Of a stretch of 64,000 nucleotides of DNA, positions 9,439-19,946 are shown in pieces (positions within the stretch are counted from its first letter, which is position 1; every line of letters begins with the position of its first letter). The stretch is from assembly GCA_963781885.1 (NCBI GenBank), contig CAWAHW010000002.1:832001-896000 (forward strand). Reading direction: 5' to 3'. The stretch is from an uncultured Spirochaetota bacterium (GTDB lineage: Bacteria > Spirochaetota > Spirochaetia > SZUA-6 > Fen-1364). The notes beneath the pieces were generated by a model. That model did not search any database. It saw nothing but the letters and a program-made list of their open reading frames with translations, and was not told the origin of the DNA. A program made the position numbers and the translations under genes.

Positions 9439-10636
9439 GGCCGCGCCTGACCAGGCAGGACCGCAGACCCATTTCGTTCCCTTTGCGCGGCCGTCCATCG
9501 CCGCCGAGGAGGAGGAAGCCGTCCTGGCGGTCCTCCGCTCGGGTTGGCTCACGACGGGGGAGGTGACGGCCCACTTCGAAAAGGAGTTCGCGGCCGCGGT
9601 CGGCACGCGCCATGCGCTTGCGGTCAACTCCGCCACCGCGGGTCTCCATCTCGCGCTGGAGGCGCTGGGAGTCGGCCCGGGGAGCGTCGTGCTCACGACG
9701 CCCTACACCTTTGCGGCGACCGCGGAGGTGGCGCGCTATCTCGGCGCCGACCCGGTCTTCGTCGACATCGACCGCGCCACGCTGAATATCGACCCGGCAC
9801 TCCTCCAGTCGACCCTGGAACGCCTGCTGAAGGCCGGCCGCAAGGTATCCGCCATGATGCCTGTGCACGTGGCAGGGCTTCCCTGCGACATGGACGCGAT
9901 CGGCCACTTGTCCCTTCGCTACGGCGTGCCGATCGTGGAGGACGCGGCGCATGCGTTCCCCGTGCGACACGGCGCGCGATTCGCGGGCACCCTCGGGGAC
10001 GCCGGGGTCTACTCCTTCTATCCGACGAAATCCATCACGACGGGCGAGGGGGGAATGGTCGTCACCGATCGCGACGAAGTGGCAAAGCGCGTCCGCGTCA
10101 TGCGCCTGCACGGCATCGACCGCGAGGTGTGGAACCGGTACGCGGAGCCCGGCGCCTCGTGGAAATACGACATCGTTGCCCCGGGATACAAGTACAACAT
10201 GCCCGACATGGCATCGGCCATAGGGCGGGTGCAGTTGCGCAAGGCCGACGTCTTCTGGGAGCGCCGGCGGTCGATCGTCCGTCGTTACCTCACGGCCCTG
10301 AATGGGCTCGATTACCTCTCCCTCCCGGGCTGGGTGGAAAACCACGCATGGCACCTTTTCATCCTGCGCGTGAAGCCCGCGGCGCTCTCGATCGACCGAG
10401 ACGCGTTCATCGTGGAGCTGCAGCGCCGCGGCATCGGCGCGTCGGTCCACTTCATCCCGCTCCATACCATGAGTTACTACCGCGAGCGCTATGGGCTGAA
10501 GCCTGAGGACTTCCCTGTCGCGCTGGAATGCTACCAGGCGGCGGTGAGCCTCCCGCTCTCCGCGTCCCTCACCGATGAGGACGTGGAGCAGGTGATCGAG
10601 GCAGTGGTCGAGGTCGGCGCCGCGTTCCGGGCATAG
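9419..10636 (+). CDS. DegT/DnrJ/EryC1/StrS PLP-dependent sugar aminotransferase
   Basis: SGWLTTG, NSATAGLH, EDAAHA, SFYPTKSITTGEGGM, GYKYNM. Confidence 0.93.
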   Translation: MKNQSSRAAPDQAGPQTHFVPFARPSIAAEEEEAVLAVLRSGWLTTGEVTAHFEKEFAAAVGTRHALAVNSATAGLHLALEALGVGPGSVVLTTPYTFAATAEVARYLGADPVFVDIDRATLNIDPALLQSTLERLLKAGRKVSAMMPVHVAGLPCDMDAIGHLSLRYGVPIVEDAAHAFPVRHGARFAGTLGDAGVYSFYPTKSITTGEGGMVVTDRDEVAKRVRVMRLHGIDREVWNRYAEPGASWKYDIVAPGYKYNMPDMASAIGRVQLRKADVFWERRRSIVRRYLTALNGLDYLSLPGWVENHAWHLFILRVKPAALSIDRDAFIVELQRRGIGASVHFIPLHTMSYYRERYGLKPEDFPVALECYQAAVSLPLSASLTDEDVEQVIEAVVEVGAAFRA

Positions 10637-10644
10637 TTCAACGG

Positions 10645-11742
10645 CTATCGACCGGCGAGCGCCCGGGCTTCTTTTTCCACCCCTTCGAGCTTCTCCACGG
10701 AATCCACAACCTCGACGTCGATGGTCACGGTGTACGTCGCCTGGCCGTCGATCATGGGCAGCTCACCCTTCTGACGTAGAACGCCGCGTCCGACGGGTGT
10801 GACGGTCCCGGGCTCGAGCCCCGTGACGTAGAAACCTTTTCGGGGCATCTTCCACTGGGTGAAGTGCGGCAGCTCCCTGCGGTTCCACCGAAGGACCACG
10901 CCCAGCGGCTGGCCGCCACCGGCGTCACGGGTCAGGAGCGACATGAATGTCGCCCCGTCGGGGCGCGCCGCGAGTGAATGGAAGAACACCTTCTCCTCCC
11001 AGCCCGGCACGGGCTCGGGACAGGAAAGGCATTCCTCCAGGCCTCGGTCGGCGCGTGCGTTCTCGTCACGGGGCTCCGTCTTGAGGATCGGGCCGACGAT
11101 GCGCGCCGATGGGCTCAGGAGGGGGAATCCGAAGTTGAAATGGTACAGGAGCATGAGCGGCTGCGCGGTGAAGCCGCGATTGACCACGGTGTCGCGGATG
11201 CGGAAACCCGCGGCGCCCAGGCGCGTCTCGATGCAGCGCGTCAGGGTCAGGTTTTCCGCCATCGCTTCCGTCTCGCGCATCGTGCCCTTGAGACGGATGA
11301 GAAACTCATCGCCCTCCCATTCCTGCTCCACGCAGAGGTTTTCCGCGGCGGCATTCGACAGCCTTCCATGGAGACCGAAAGGCCTGCCCTGGTCCGTGCT
11401 CGGCGCGCCGGCGTTGGTGATGCCGCACGTCGTGAGGAGGCCGGCGGAGAAGCCGCGCAGCCAGCCCATGCTCGGCTCTTCATAGTAGGCAGGGGAAGTG
11501 ATGCCCGTGCCGGAAAAGAAGCCCAGCGAGGTGCCCCGATGGGAGGCGAAGGGGATGTCCATGCCTCGACCGGGAAGGACCGTGAACCGAAGACCGCCGC
11601 CCGTCTCCACGTCGAAAGCGCGGACGCCGTCCGCCTTGCCGTCGGTGAGAATGCAGCCGCGTACCCCCGCGGCCTGGAGAGGGTCTCCAATGCGCGCCAG
11701 GAGCTCCGCCCTCTTCCACGCCCTGCCTGCGTACCACGCCAT
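10645..11742 (-). CDS. DUF4432 / aldose 1-epimerase-like protein
   Basis: VLPGRGMDI, WLRGFSAGLLTTCG, LHGRLSN, LYHFNFGFPL, GLEPGT; SD GGAGG before ATG 11742. Confidence 0.8.
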   Translation of the reverse strand: MAWYAGRAWKRAELLARIGDPLQAAGVRGCILTDGKADGVRAFDVETGGGLRFTVLPGRGMDIPFASHRGTSLGFFSGTGITSPAYYEEPSMGWLRGFSAGLLTTCGITNAGAPSTDQGRPFGLHGRLSNAAAENLCVEQEWEGDEFLIRLKGTMRETEAMAENLTLTRCIETRLGAAGFRIRDTVVNRGFTAQPLMLLYHFNFGFPLLSPSARIVGPILKTEPRDENARADRGLEECLSCPEPVPGWEEKVFFHSLAARPDGATFMSLLTRDAGGGQPLGVVLRWNRRELPHFTQWKMPRKGFYVTGLEPGTVTPVGRGVLRQKGELPMIDGQATYTVTIDVEVVDSVEKLEGVEKEARALAGR

Positions 11743-11796
11743 GATGCCTCCCTCCATGCTTCTGTTTCGTGCACCGTAGCATGGAAATACCCCATA

Positions 11797-11825
11797 TTTA
11801 CAGATCCACTGCTCCCGGCTATCAT
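11797..11825 (+). promoter_or_regulatory. Probable dnaE promoter
   Basis: TTTACA-17 nt-TATCAT, followed by SD GGAGG and the GTG start. Confidence 0.55.
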
Positions 11826-11851
11826 CCTCCCTGGGGGAGGGGGCGCGCCGC

Positions 11852-14800
11852 GTGACACCGTTCGTGCATCTGCATTGCCATTCCGATTTTTCCCTCCTCG
11901 ACGGCGCGTCGTCGATCGAGGCTCTCGTCGCCAAAGCGAAAGAGCTCCGGATGGAGCGGCTGGCCCTCACCGATCATGGGAACATGTTCGGCGCGCTCGC
12001 GTTCTACAAGGAATGCCGTGCGCAGGGTATCACGCCGATCATCGGCACCGAAGCGTACGTGGCCCCGGGGTCACGCCTGGAGAAGAGCGGCAGCGAGAAG
12101 GGGACGCGCCATCACCACCTCGTGCTGCTCGCGCGCAACACGACCGGCTACGCGAATCTCATCGAGCTGAGCTCCCGGGGCTACACCGAAGGCTTCTATT
12201 ACAAACCGCGCATCGACGACGAGCTCCTGGAGCATCACCACGAGGGCCTGATCGCGCTGAGCGCATGCCTCGCGGGCGCCATCCCCTCTGCCATCCTCAA
12301 TGGGCAGGCCGTGGAGGCGCGCTCCCACGCCCTGTACTACCGCGAGCTCTTCGGACCCGACGGCTTCTACCTCGAGGTGCAGGACCACGGCATCCCCGAG
12401 CAGGCGGTCGTGAACCGGGAGCTCCTGAAGCTCTCCGGCGAGACGGGCATCCCGCTCGTCGCCACCAACGACATCCACTACAGCGACCGGGCGGACGCCC
12501 GCGCGCAGGACGTGCTCATCTGCATCGGGACCGGCAAGAAGGTTTCCGAGGGCAAGCGGATGAAGTTCGAGCATCCCGAGTTCTACTTCAAGTCCGGTGA
12601 CGAGATGGCGCAGCGCTTCTCCGCGCTGCCGGAGGCCGTGGCGAACACGGTGCGCATCGGGGAGGCGTGCAATCTCGAGCTGCCCGCGCTGCGCCCGCAG
12701 TTTCCCCTCTACGAGGTTCCGCCCGGCTCCACCCCCGAGGGGTACCTCTCCGACCTTGCACGCAAGGGACTCGCGGAGCGCTTCTCTCCCGTGCCGCCGG
12801 AAGCCGCGAAGCGGCTGGAGTACGAGCTTTCGGTCATCACCTCCATGGGCTTCACCGGGTATTTCCTCATCGTGTGGGACTTCATCCACTTCGCGAAAGA
12901 GCACGGCATTGCGGTGGGTCCCGGGCGCGGTTCGGGCGCAGGATCGCTCGTGGCATACAGCCTTTCGATCACCGACATCGATCCGCTGAAGTACGGTCTT
13001 CTCTTCGAGCGCTTTCTCAACCCCGAGCGCGTCTCCATGCCTGACTTCGATATCGATTTCTGCCACCGCCGACGTGAAGAGGTGATCACGTATGTCACGC
13101 GGAAGTACGGCGCCGACAAGGTGGGCCAGATCATCACCTTCGGGACGCTGAAGGCGCGCGCGGTCATCCGTGACGTCGCGCGCGTCCTCGACCTGCCCTA
13201 CGACGAGGCGGACGCCATCGCGAAGCTCGTGCCAGAAGGCCCCAAGATCGATCTTGACACCGCGCTGAAGGACAACCCAAAGCTCGTGGAGGCCACCAGC
13301 CGCGGCCCCCAGTACAAGGAGCTCCTGGACATCAGCCTGAAGCTCGAGGGGCTCCATCGACACGCATCCACCCACGCGGCGGGCATCGTCATCGGCCGGG
13401 AGCAGCTCACGCGCTACGTGCCGCTCTATCGCGATCCCAAGACCGGCGCGGTCTCCACGCAGTTCACGATGGACTACCTGGAGGAATGCGGCCTCGTGAA
13501 GATGGACTTCCTGGGCCTGAAGACGCTCACCATAATCGAGGATGCCCTGGCGCTCGTGCGGAAGAAGGGCGTGCAAATTGAGCTGAAGACCATCCCCGAG
13601 GACGACCCGGCGACATTCAAGATGTTCTGCGAAGGGAAGAGCACGGGCGCCTTCCAGTTTGAAAGCTCCGGCATGCAGGGGGTCTTGAAGAAGGCGCAAC
13701 CCAACCGCATCGAGGATCTCATCGCTCTCAACGCCCTCTACCGGCCCGGCCCCATGGAGCATCTGGACACCTATATCCAGAACAAGTCGGGCAAGAAGGC
13801 CATCGAGTATCCGCTTCCCGAGCTCGAAAACGTGCTGAAGGAGACCTACGGCGTTCCCGTCTACCAGGAGCAGGTCATGCAAATGGCGCAGGTCGTTGCA
13901 GGTTTCAGCCTCGGGCAGGCCGATATCCTGCGGCGCGCCATGGGGAAGAAGAAGCCCGAGGAAATGCTCAAGATGAAGGAGCTTTTCCTCACGGGCGCCA
14001 AGGCCAAGGGCTACGACCACAAGACGGGGGAGCGGATCTTCGAGCTCCTCTTCGCGTTCAGCGGGTACGGCTTCAACAAGAGCCATTCGGCGGCCTACGC
14101 CATCCCGGCCTACCATACCATCTGGCTGAAGGCGAACCATCCGGCGGAATTCATTGCGGCAAACTGCACGAACGACATGAACGACACCGACCGCCTGGCG
14201 CAGCTCATCCGCGAGGCGCGCGACATGGGCATCGAGGTGCTGCCGCCCGACGTGAACCTTTCGCAGAAGGAGTTCTCCGTCGAGAACGGCAGGATCGTCT
14301 TCGGCCTCCTGGGCATCAAGAACGTGGGCTCGGGGGCCGTGGATGCCATCATCAGGGAGCGCGAGGAGCACGGGCCTTTCACGAGCGTCCTGGATTTTTT
14401 CGACCGCGTCGATTCCCACGAGGTCAACCGAAAGATGGTGGAAGGCCTCGTCATCACGGGTGCCTTCGATCGCCTGGGCGAAACGCGCGCCACGCTCCTG
14501 CACAACCTCGACCGTGTGCTGGAGGCCGCCTCCAAGGCCCGTGAGGCGAAACGCTATGGCCAGGTCTCGCTCTTCGAGGGGGCCGCAGACGTGCCCTCCG
14601 TTGCCCCCGAGCTGGAGCGGCTGCCCGAGCTTCCGCCGGCCCAGCTCCTGGAGTCCGAGCGCCAGAACCTCGGCTTCTTCTTTTCAGGGCATCCCCTGGA
14701 TCCCTGGCGGAGCCTGATGGAACGCGCCGTCACGGTGGACCTCTCGCGCAAGGAGTCCCTTTCCAATGACCGTTCCTGCACCCTCGTGGGAATCATGAGC

Positions 14801-15271
14801 GACCTGCGGGAGATCCGCACCCGCAACGGGCGCAGCATGGCCTTCGCGCAGCTTGCAGATTTCAATGGATCGATCGAGCTGATCCTTTTCTCCGATATCT
14901 ATGACAGCAAGCGGTCCCTGATCGCGAATGACGCGATCGTCGGGGTGCAGGGCACGATCGACACGACGCGCGGGGACCCGAAAGTGAAGGTGGTCGACAT
15001 CATGGAACCGGGACATCTGCCGCAGAGGGCCGCGCAGGCGGTGCACGTGAGACTCAGGGATGAAGTGGGGACCGAGGAAAGCCTGCACGCCATGCGGGAA
15101 TATCTGCTGGATCGGCGGGGAGGCTGCTCGCTGTACTTCCACGTGGGATCCGGCAACGGGGGCGGGGAGATCGTCGTGCAGGCATCCACCCAGATCCGCG
15201 TCGTCGGCTCGCAGGAGGTGCTCGCGGGGCTTCGCGCGTACCCGCAAGTGGCGGACGTATGGACCGAGTAA
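11852..15271 (+). CDS. dnaE: DNA polymerase III alpha subunit
   Basis: PHP motifs HLHCHSDFSLLDG and TDHGN, GRGSGAGS, MPDFDIDF catalytic motif, GFNKSHS, OB fold. Confidence 0.97.
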   Translation: MTPFVHLHCHSDFSLLDGASSIEALVAKAKELRMERLALTDHGNMFGALAFYKECRAQGITPIIGTEAYVAPGSRLEKSGSEKGTRHHHLVLLARNTTGYANLIELSSRGYTEGFYYKPRIDDELLEHHHEGLIALSACLAGAIPSAILNGQAVEARSHALYYRELFGPDGFYLEVQDHGIPEQAVVNRELLKLSGETGIPLVATNDIHYSDRADARAQDVLICIGTGKKVSEGKRMKFEHPEFYFKSGDEMAQRFSALPEAVANTVRIGEACNLELPALRPQFPLYEVPPGSTPEGYLSDLARKGLAERFSPVPPEAAKRLEYELSVITSMGFTGYFLIVWDFIHFAKEHGIAVGPGRGSGAGSLVAYSLSITDIDPLKYGLLFERFLNPERVSMPDFDIDFCHRRREEVITYVTRKYGADKVGQIITFGTLKARAVIRDVARVLDLPYDEADAIAKLVPEGPKIDLDTALKDNPKLVEATSRGPQYKELLDISLKLEGLHRHASTHAAGIVIGREQLTRYVPLYRDPKTGAVSTQFTMDYLEECGLVKMDFLGLKTLTIIEDALALVRKKGVQIELKTIPEDDPATFKMFCEGKSTGAFQFESSGMQGVLKKAQPNRIEDLIALNALYRPGPMEHLDTYIQNKSGKKAIEYPLPELENVLKETYGVPVYQEQVMQMAQVVAGFSLGQADILRRAMGKKKPEEMLKMKELFLTGAKAKGYDHKTGERIFELLFAFSGYGFNKSHSAAYAIPAYHTIWLKANHPAEFIAANCTNDMNDTDRLAQLIREARDMGIEVLPPDVNLSQKEFSVENGRIVFGLLGIKNVGSGAVDAIIREREEHGPFTSVLDFFDRVDSHEVNRKMVEGLVITGAFDRLGETRATLLHNLDRVLEAASKAREAKRYGQVSLFEGAADVPSVAPELERLPELPPAQLLESERQNLGFFFSGHPLDPWRSLMERAVTVDLSRKESLSNDRSCTLVGIMSDLREIRTRNGRSMAFAQLADFNGSIELILFSDIYDSKRSLIANDAIVGVQGTIDTTRGDPKVKVVDIMEPGHLPQRAAQAVHVRLRDEVGTEESLHAMREYLLDRRGGCSLYFHVGSGNGGGEIVVQASTQIRVVGSQEVLAGLRAYPQVADVWTE

Positions 15272-16563
15272 GGATCGGCCTCGTCGGTTTCGGCACGGTG
15301 GGGGAAAGCTTCTACCGTCTCCTGACGGCGAACGCGGGGGAGTTCGCCCGGCGGCTGGGCGTCGCCGTTGACGTGCCATGGCTCGCCGTGCGCGACGCTT
15401 CCCGGCCGCGCAAAGTCGCCCCGGGGACCCGGGTGGTCCAGGGCTGGCAGGCGATCCTGGACGACAAGGACGTGCCGATCGTGGTGGAGCTTGCCGGCGG
15501 CGCCGAGGAACCGCTCCCGCTCATCCGCGAGGCGCTTGCCCGCAAAAAACACGTCATCACGGCCAACAAGGCCCTTCTTTCCGCCCACGGCCGCGAGCTC
15601 CTTGCCCTTGCCGCGGAGAACGGCGTGGAGCTGAAATTTGAAGCTGCTGTCTGCGGCGGCATCCCCATCATCAAGGTGCTGAGCGAAAGCCTCCTGGGAA
15701 ACAGGGTGCGCAGCATCGTCGGCATCGTGAATGGCACGACGAATTACATCCTCACGCGCATGACGGAGGACCGGCTCTCATTTGCCGATGCGCTCGCCCA
15801 GGCGCAGAAGAGAGGCTTCGCGGAGGCCGACCCCTCGCTCGACGTGAGCGGCGGCGACGCGGCGCAGAAAATCGGGCTTCTCGGGAGCCTCGCCTTCGGC
15901 TGCTGGATCGATCCCTCCTGCATCCTCACGGAGGGAATCACGACCGTCGAGCAAAAGGACATCGAGTTCTGCCAGGCGAGCGGTTTCCAGATCAAGCTCG
16001 TCGCGCAGGCGCGCATGTTGGACGGCGTTCCGCTGGTGACGGTCTTCCCGGCCCTCGTGCCCCTGGACCATCCGCTTGCCGGCGTCCGCGACGAGTTCAA
16101 CGGCGTCCTCGTGGACTCGGACTATCTGGGCCCCTCCATGTATGAGGGCAGGGGAGCCGGCGGCAATCCCACGGCCTCCTCCGTCGCGTCCGACCTCGGG
16201 GACCTGCTCAAGGGCATCCTTTCGAAGCAGGTGCGCCGACCCTTCGCGGGGGCGCTCCCCCTTGCGGGCGTCTTTCCGCAGGGCCGGATGCGCAGCCGCT
16301 ACTATTTTCATTTCGTGACGGCGAACAGGCCGGGCATCTGGGCACTGGTCACGGGTGTCTGCGCGGAGACGGGCATCAATATCGAAAGCGTGCATCAGAA
16401 GTGGGAGGACAAGTCCAAGCCTTCCGACCTCTACGTCCTGGTGGACGAGGCCGAGGAATCACAGGTGCGCCTGGCATTCTCCCGCATCACCGCCGCGGAC
16501 GGCATCCAGCCCGCGTCCCATTACTTCCGGATCGTGCCGAGTCCGGCGGGGGGGCAGTCATGA
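15259..16563 (+). CDS. hom: Homoserine dehydrogenase with C-terminal ACT domain
   Basis: GFGTVG, ITANK, FEAAVCGGIP, NGTTNYIL, AEADP, GRGAG, NRPGI (ACT). Confidence 0.93.
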   Translation: MDRVRIGLVGFGTVGESFYRLLTANAGEFARRLGVAVDVPWLAVRDASRPRKVAPGTRVVQGWQAILDDKDVPIVVELAGGAEEPLPLIREALARKKHVITANKALLSAHGRELLALAAENGVELKFEAAVCGGIPIIKVLSESLLGNRVRSIVGIVNGTTNYILTRMTEDRLSFADALAQAQKRGFAEADPSLDVSGGDAAQKIGLLGSLAFGCWIDPSCILTEGITTVEQKDIEFCQASGFQIKLVAQARMLDGVPLVTVFPALVPLDHPLAGVRDEFNGVLVDSDYLGPSMYEGRGAGGNPTASSVASDLGDLLKGILSKQVRRPFAGALPLAGVFPQGRMRSRYYFHFVTANRPGIWALVTGVCAETGINIESVHQKWEDKSKPSDLYVLVDEAEESQVRLAFSRITAADGIQPASHYFRIVPSPAGGQS

Positions 16564-17225
16564 TCGACCTGCATACGCATACATTCCTGAGCGACGGGCT
16601 GCTCGGTCCCGCGGAGCTCGTGCGCCGGGCGGAGCACGCGGGTTATCGCGCCATTGGCATCACCGACCATGCTGACGCATCGAATCTCGACGACCTGATT
16701 TCCGCCACGGTTCAGTTCGTGCGCGAGACGCAGCCCTACCTGAAGATCCGCATCGTCCCGGGGGTCGAGCTCACCCACGTGCCGCCCGGCCAGATCGCGG
16801 GACTCGTGCGGCGCGCGCGGCAGCTGGGCGCCCGGCTGGTCGTGCTCCACGGCGAAACGATCTGCGAGCCCGTTGCCCTGGGCACGAATCGCGCGGGCAT
16901 CGAGGCGGGCGTTGACATCCTGGCCCATCCGGGGCTCATCTCGGAGGAGGAGGTGCGCCTTGCCGCGGCAAACGGCGTGCACCTGGAGATCTCGGCGCGC
17001 TCCTCCCACGGGTTGGGCAATGGCAGGATCGTCGCGCTGGCGCGCGAGGCGGGGGCGCCCATGGTCATCGACTCCGACGCGCATGCCCCCGGCGACATCC
17101 TCACGCCGCATTGGCGCGAGCAGGTGGCCTTCGGCTCCGGTCTCACGGCCGAGGAGATGGAGCGGATCAACAAGACGATGATCTCCCTCGTGGAGAAGCT
17201 CGTCCCCTCCACCTTTTTCACCTGA
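16560..17225 (+). CDS. Stand-alone PHP-family phosphoesterase (histidinol-phosphatase-like)
   Basis: DLHTHT, ITDH, GVELTH, LAHPG, DSDAH; ATGA overlap with hom. Confidence 0.85.
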   Translation: MIDLHTHTFLSDGLLGPAELVRRAEHAGYRAIGITDHADASNLDDLISATVQFVRETQPYLKIRIVPGVELTHVPPGQIAGLVRRARQLGARLVVLHGETICEPVALGTNRAGIEAGVDILAHPGLISEEEVRLAAANGVHLEISARSSHGLGNGRIVALAREAGAPMVIDSDAHAPGDILTPHWREQVAFGSGLTAEEMERINKTMISLVEKLVPSTFFT

Positions 17226-17252
17226 CCACACCCTGCAGGAAAGGAGGCCTCC

Positions 17253-17844
17253 ATGCTTCTGATTGTGCTTACCATCGTGAACATCCTCCTGATCGCCTAT
17301 CTCTTCATCCTTTCGATGCGCATTGTCCTGGGCTGGTTCGCTCCGCGGGCCCTCGGCCGCGCCTGGGACATCCTCACGGCAGCCACGGACCCCTACCTGG
17401 GGCTTTTCGCCCGGATACGATTTCTCCGGGGCAACCTGTTCGACTTCTCTCCCATTGCCGCCATCCTGGCGCTCGTGGTCGTCCTGGACCTCGTGAACAA
17501 GATCCTCTACTACGGCCGCATCACGCTGGGGTTTTTTCTCGCTTCGGTATTCTCCGCAGCCTGGTCGGGCGCGCGGTTCCTGCTCCTGCTTTTCCTCATC
17601 GTCGGGCTTCTGCGCACCGTACCGCTCGCGTTCCGATCCACCGCGGGGGCGAGCCTCTGGCGGGTGGTCGACACCATCATGCAGCCCATTGTCACCTGGG
17701 TCGATGAAGATCTTCCGTCTCGGCCGCAGGTCGGGATACACGCAGCACCTCCTCCTCACGGTGGGGCTCCTTTTCGTGGCATGGCTGCTGGGGGAGGTGC
17801 TCGTCGGGCAGATCGTCTCGCTCCTCCAGATGCTGCCGATCTAG
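17253..17844 (+). CDS. YggT-family membrane protein, one extra base near 17702
   Basis: TDPYL...FDFSPIAA YggT motif; after ~17702 the hydrophobic C-terminus (MKIFRL...LLQMLPI*) continues in the +1 frame to TAG 17844. Confidence 0.75.
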
Positions 17845-17866
17845 CCCCGACCGAAGGTTCCCCCGG

Positions 17867-19945
17867 GTGCTCCTGTCAGAGCTGACGACCGACATCTCCA
17901 CACTTCGCGGCGTGGGTCCTGCCATGGCGTCGCGGCTGGAGCGCGTGGGCGTGAGGAGCCTCCGCGATCTTCTGCTTTTCCTGCCCCGCGGCTACGAGGA
18001 CCGCACGGCGGTGGTGCCGCTCGCACAGGCCGCGCGGACGGAAAAGGCCTGCGTCCTGGTCACCGTGGGTGCCGTCACCGACATCGGCTGGGGGAGGTCG
18101 AAGACGTTGAAGGCATACGTCACCGACGACTCCGGCGAAGCATCGCTTGTCTGCTTCGGCAGGCCTTTCCTGCGCCGCACGCTGGTGCCAGGAAGCAGGT
18201 TCTACGCGGCGGGCAGCTTCCACACGAAGCATGGCGAATTGCAGTGCTCCGACTTCGAGCTGGAGCCGTGGAGCGAGACGCCGGCGGGATTCGGCAAGGT
18301 GCTTCCCGTCTATCCCCTCACGGAAGGGCTCACCCAGGCCGCCGTTCGCCGTATCATGTCCCACGCGCTTTCCGCATCTCTGCCCCCGCTGGAGAGCGGC
18401 CTTCCCTCCGCACTCGCGCGGAGCAGGAAGCTTCCCCCGCCTGACGCCGCCCTGCGGGCGGTTCACTTTCCCGAGTCGCTTGCATCAGCCGAGGAGGCGC
18501 GCGCGGCGCTCGCGTATGAGGAGCTCTTCCAGTTCGAGCTGGCCGTGCTGCGGCGGAAAAGGTCCCTTGCCGCCGCGCGCCCCCGCACCAGGAAGTCCGA
18601 CACCCACTTGCGCGATGCCCTTGTCGGCCGTTTGCCCTTTGCGCTCACAAAGGACCAGACCGAGGTGGTGGCCGAGATCGAGGCTGATCTCCTGTCGCCC
18701 GTGCCGATGGCGCGGCTCCTCCAGGGCGATGTCGGCTGCGGGAAGACGCTGGTGGCGCTCGCCTCCGCGCTTCTTGTAATCGCCGTGGCGGAGCAGGCGG
18801 CCTTTCTCGCGCCGACGGAGCTCCTGGCCCGGCAGCACGCGGAGAATGCCGCCCTGCTCCTGGAGCCGCTGGGCGTGCGGATTGCATTTCTGTCAGGCTC
18901 TGTCACGGGGGAGGCGCGGTCCCTGCTTCTGGCGGCCCTCGCGGCCGGAGAAATCGACCTGCTTTTCGGAACCCACGCGCTTTTTTCGGAAGACGTCGCG
19001 TTCCACGATCTGGGGCTCGTCATCGTCGATGAACAGCATCGTTTCGGCGTCCTGCAGCGCGAAGCGGTGCTGAAAAAGGGGCAGGACCCGGACCTTCTCC
19101 TCATGACCGCTACGCCCATTCCACGGACGCTGGCCCTCACGGCGTTCGGCGACCTGGACGTCTCCACGATCAGGACGATGCCCGCCGGCAGACGGCCAGT
19201 CGTCACGCACCTCGCGCGCGAAGGCAACGAGGAGAAGGTCTACCGCAGGGTGCGCGAGGAGCTGGACAAGGGCCGACAGGCCTATTTCGTTTATCCGCTC
19301 ATCGAAGAGTCGGAATCGCTATCCGTCAAGGATGCCGAGACGGCGTTTCGCACCCTGCAGAAATCGGTCTACCCCGGGCTGCCGCTTGCTCTCATCCATT
19401 CCCGCGTCCCTGAGGAAGAAAAAGAGAAGGCCATGGCGGGCTTCGCATCGGGGAGGGTGAAGGTTCTCGTTGCAACGAGCGTCGTGGAGGTGGGCGTCGA
19501 TGTCGCCAACGCCACGTGCATGGTCGTGGAGCACGCGGAGCGCTTCGGCTTGTCGACGCTCCACCAGCTCCGCGGCCGGGTGGGCCGCGGCAGCGACCAG
19601 TCCTATGCCTTCCTTGTCTATGGGGGCAAGCTCACACCGGAGGGGATCGAGAGGCTGAAGATCATGAAGGAGACAAGCGATGGCTTTGCAATCGCCGAAC
19701 GGGACCTCCGCCTGCGAGGCCCGGGAGAGCTGCTCGGCATCCGCCAGAGCGGCTTCCTGAGCTTCAGAGTCGCCAATCTTCTCGTCCACGGACCCCTGCT
19801 TCTTCAGGCGCGCGATGACGCGAAGGCGCTTCTCCAGCAGGACCCGGGCCTTCTCCAGCCGGGGAACGCGGCGGTGGCGCGGGCATTGGCGCTTGCCGCC
19901 TCTGACGGCACAGGGGGCATGTTCGTCCCCCGCGAAGGAGGATAA
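17867..19945 (+). CDS. recG: ATP-dependent DNA helicase RecG
   Basis: LLQGDVGCGKT, DEQHRFG, MTATPIPR, LHQLRGRVGRG, DLRLRGPGE. Confidence 0.96.
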   Translation: MLLSELTTDISTLRGVGPAMASRLERVGVRSLRDLLLFLPRGYEDRTAVVPLAQAARTEKACVLVTVGAVTDIGWGRSKTLKAYVTDDSGEASLVCFGRPFLRRTLVPGSRFYAAGSFHTKHGELQCSDFELEPWSETPAGFGKVLPVYPLTEGLTQAAVRRIMSHALSASLPPLESGLPSALARSRKLPPPDAALRAVHFPESLASAEEARAALAYEELFQFELAVLRRKRSLAAARPRTRKSDTHLRDALVGRLPFALTKDQTEVVAEIEADLLSPVPMARLLQGDVGCGKTLVALASALLVIAVAEQAAFLAPTELLARQHAENAALLLEPLGVRIAFLSGSVTGEARSLLLAALAAGEIDLLFGTHALFSEDVAFHDLGLVIVDEQHRFGVLQREAVLKKGQDPDLLLMTATPIPRTLALTAFGDLDVSTIRTMPAGRRPVVTHLAREGNEEKVYRRVREELDKGRQAYFVYPLIEESESLSVKDAETAFRTLQKSVYPGLPLALIHSRVPEEEKEKAMAGFASGRVKVLVATSVVEVGVDVANATCMVVEHAERFGLSTLHQLRGRVGRGSDQSYAFLVYGGKLTPEGIERLKIMKETSDGFAIAERDLRLRGPGELLGIRQSGFLSFRVANLLVHGPLLLQARDDAKALLQQDPGLLQPGNAAVARALALAASDGTGGMFVPREGG

Positions 19946-19946
19946 G

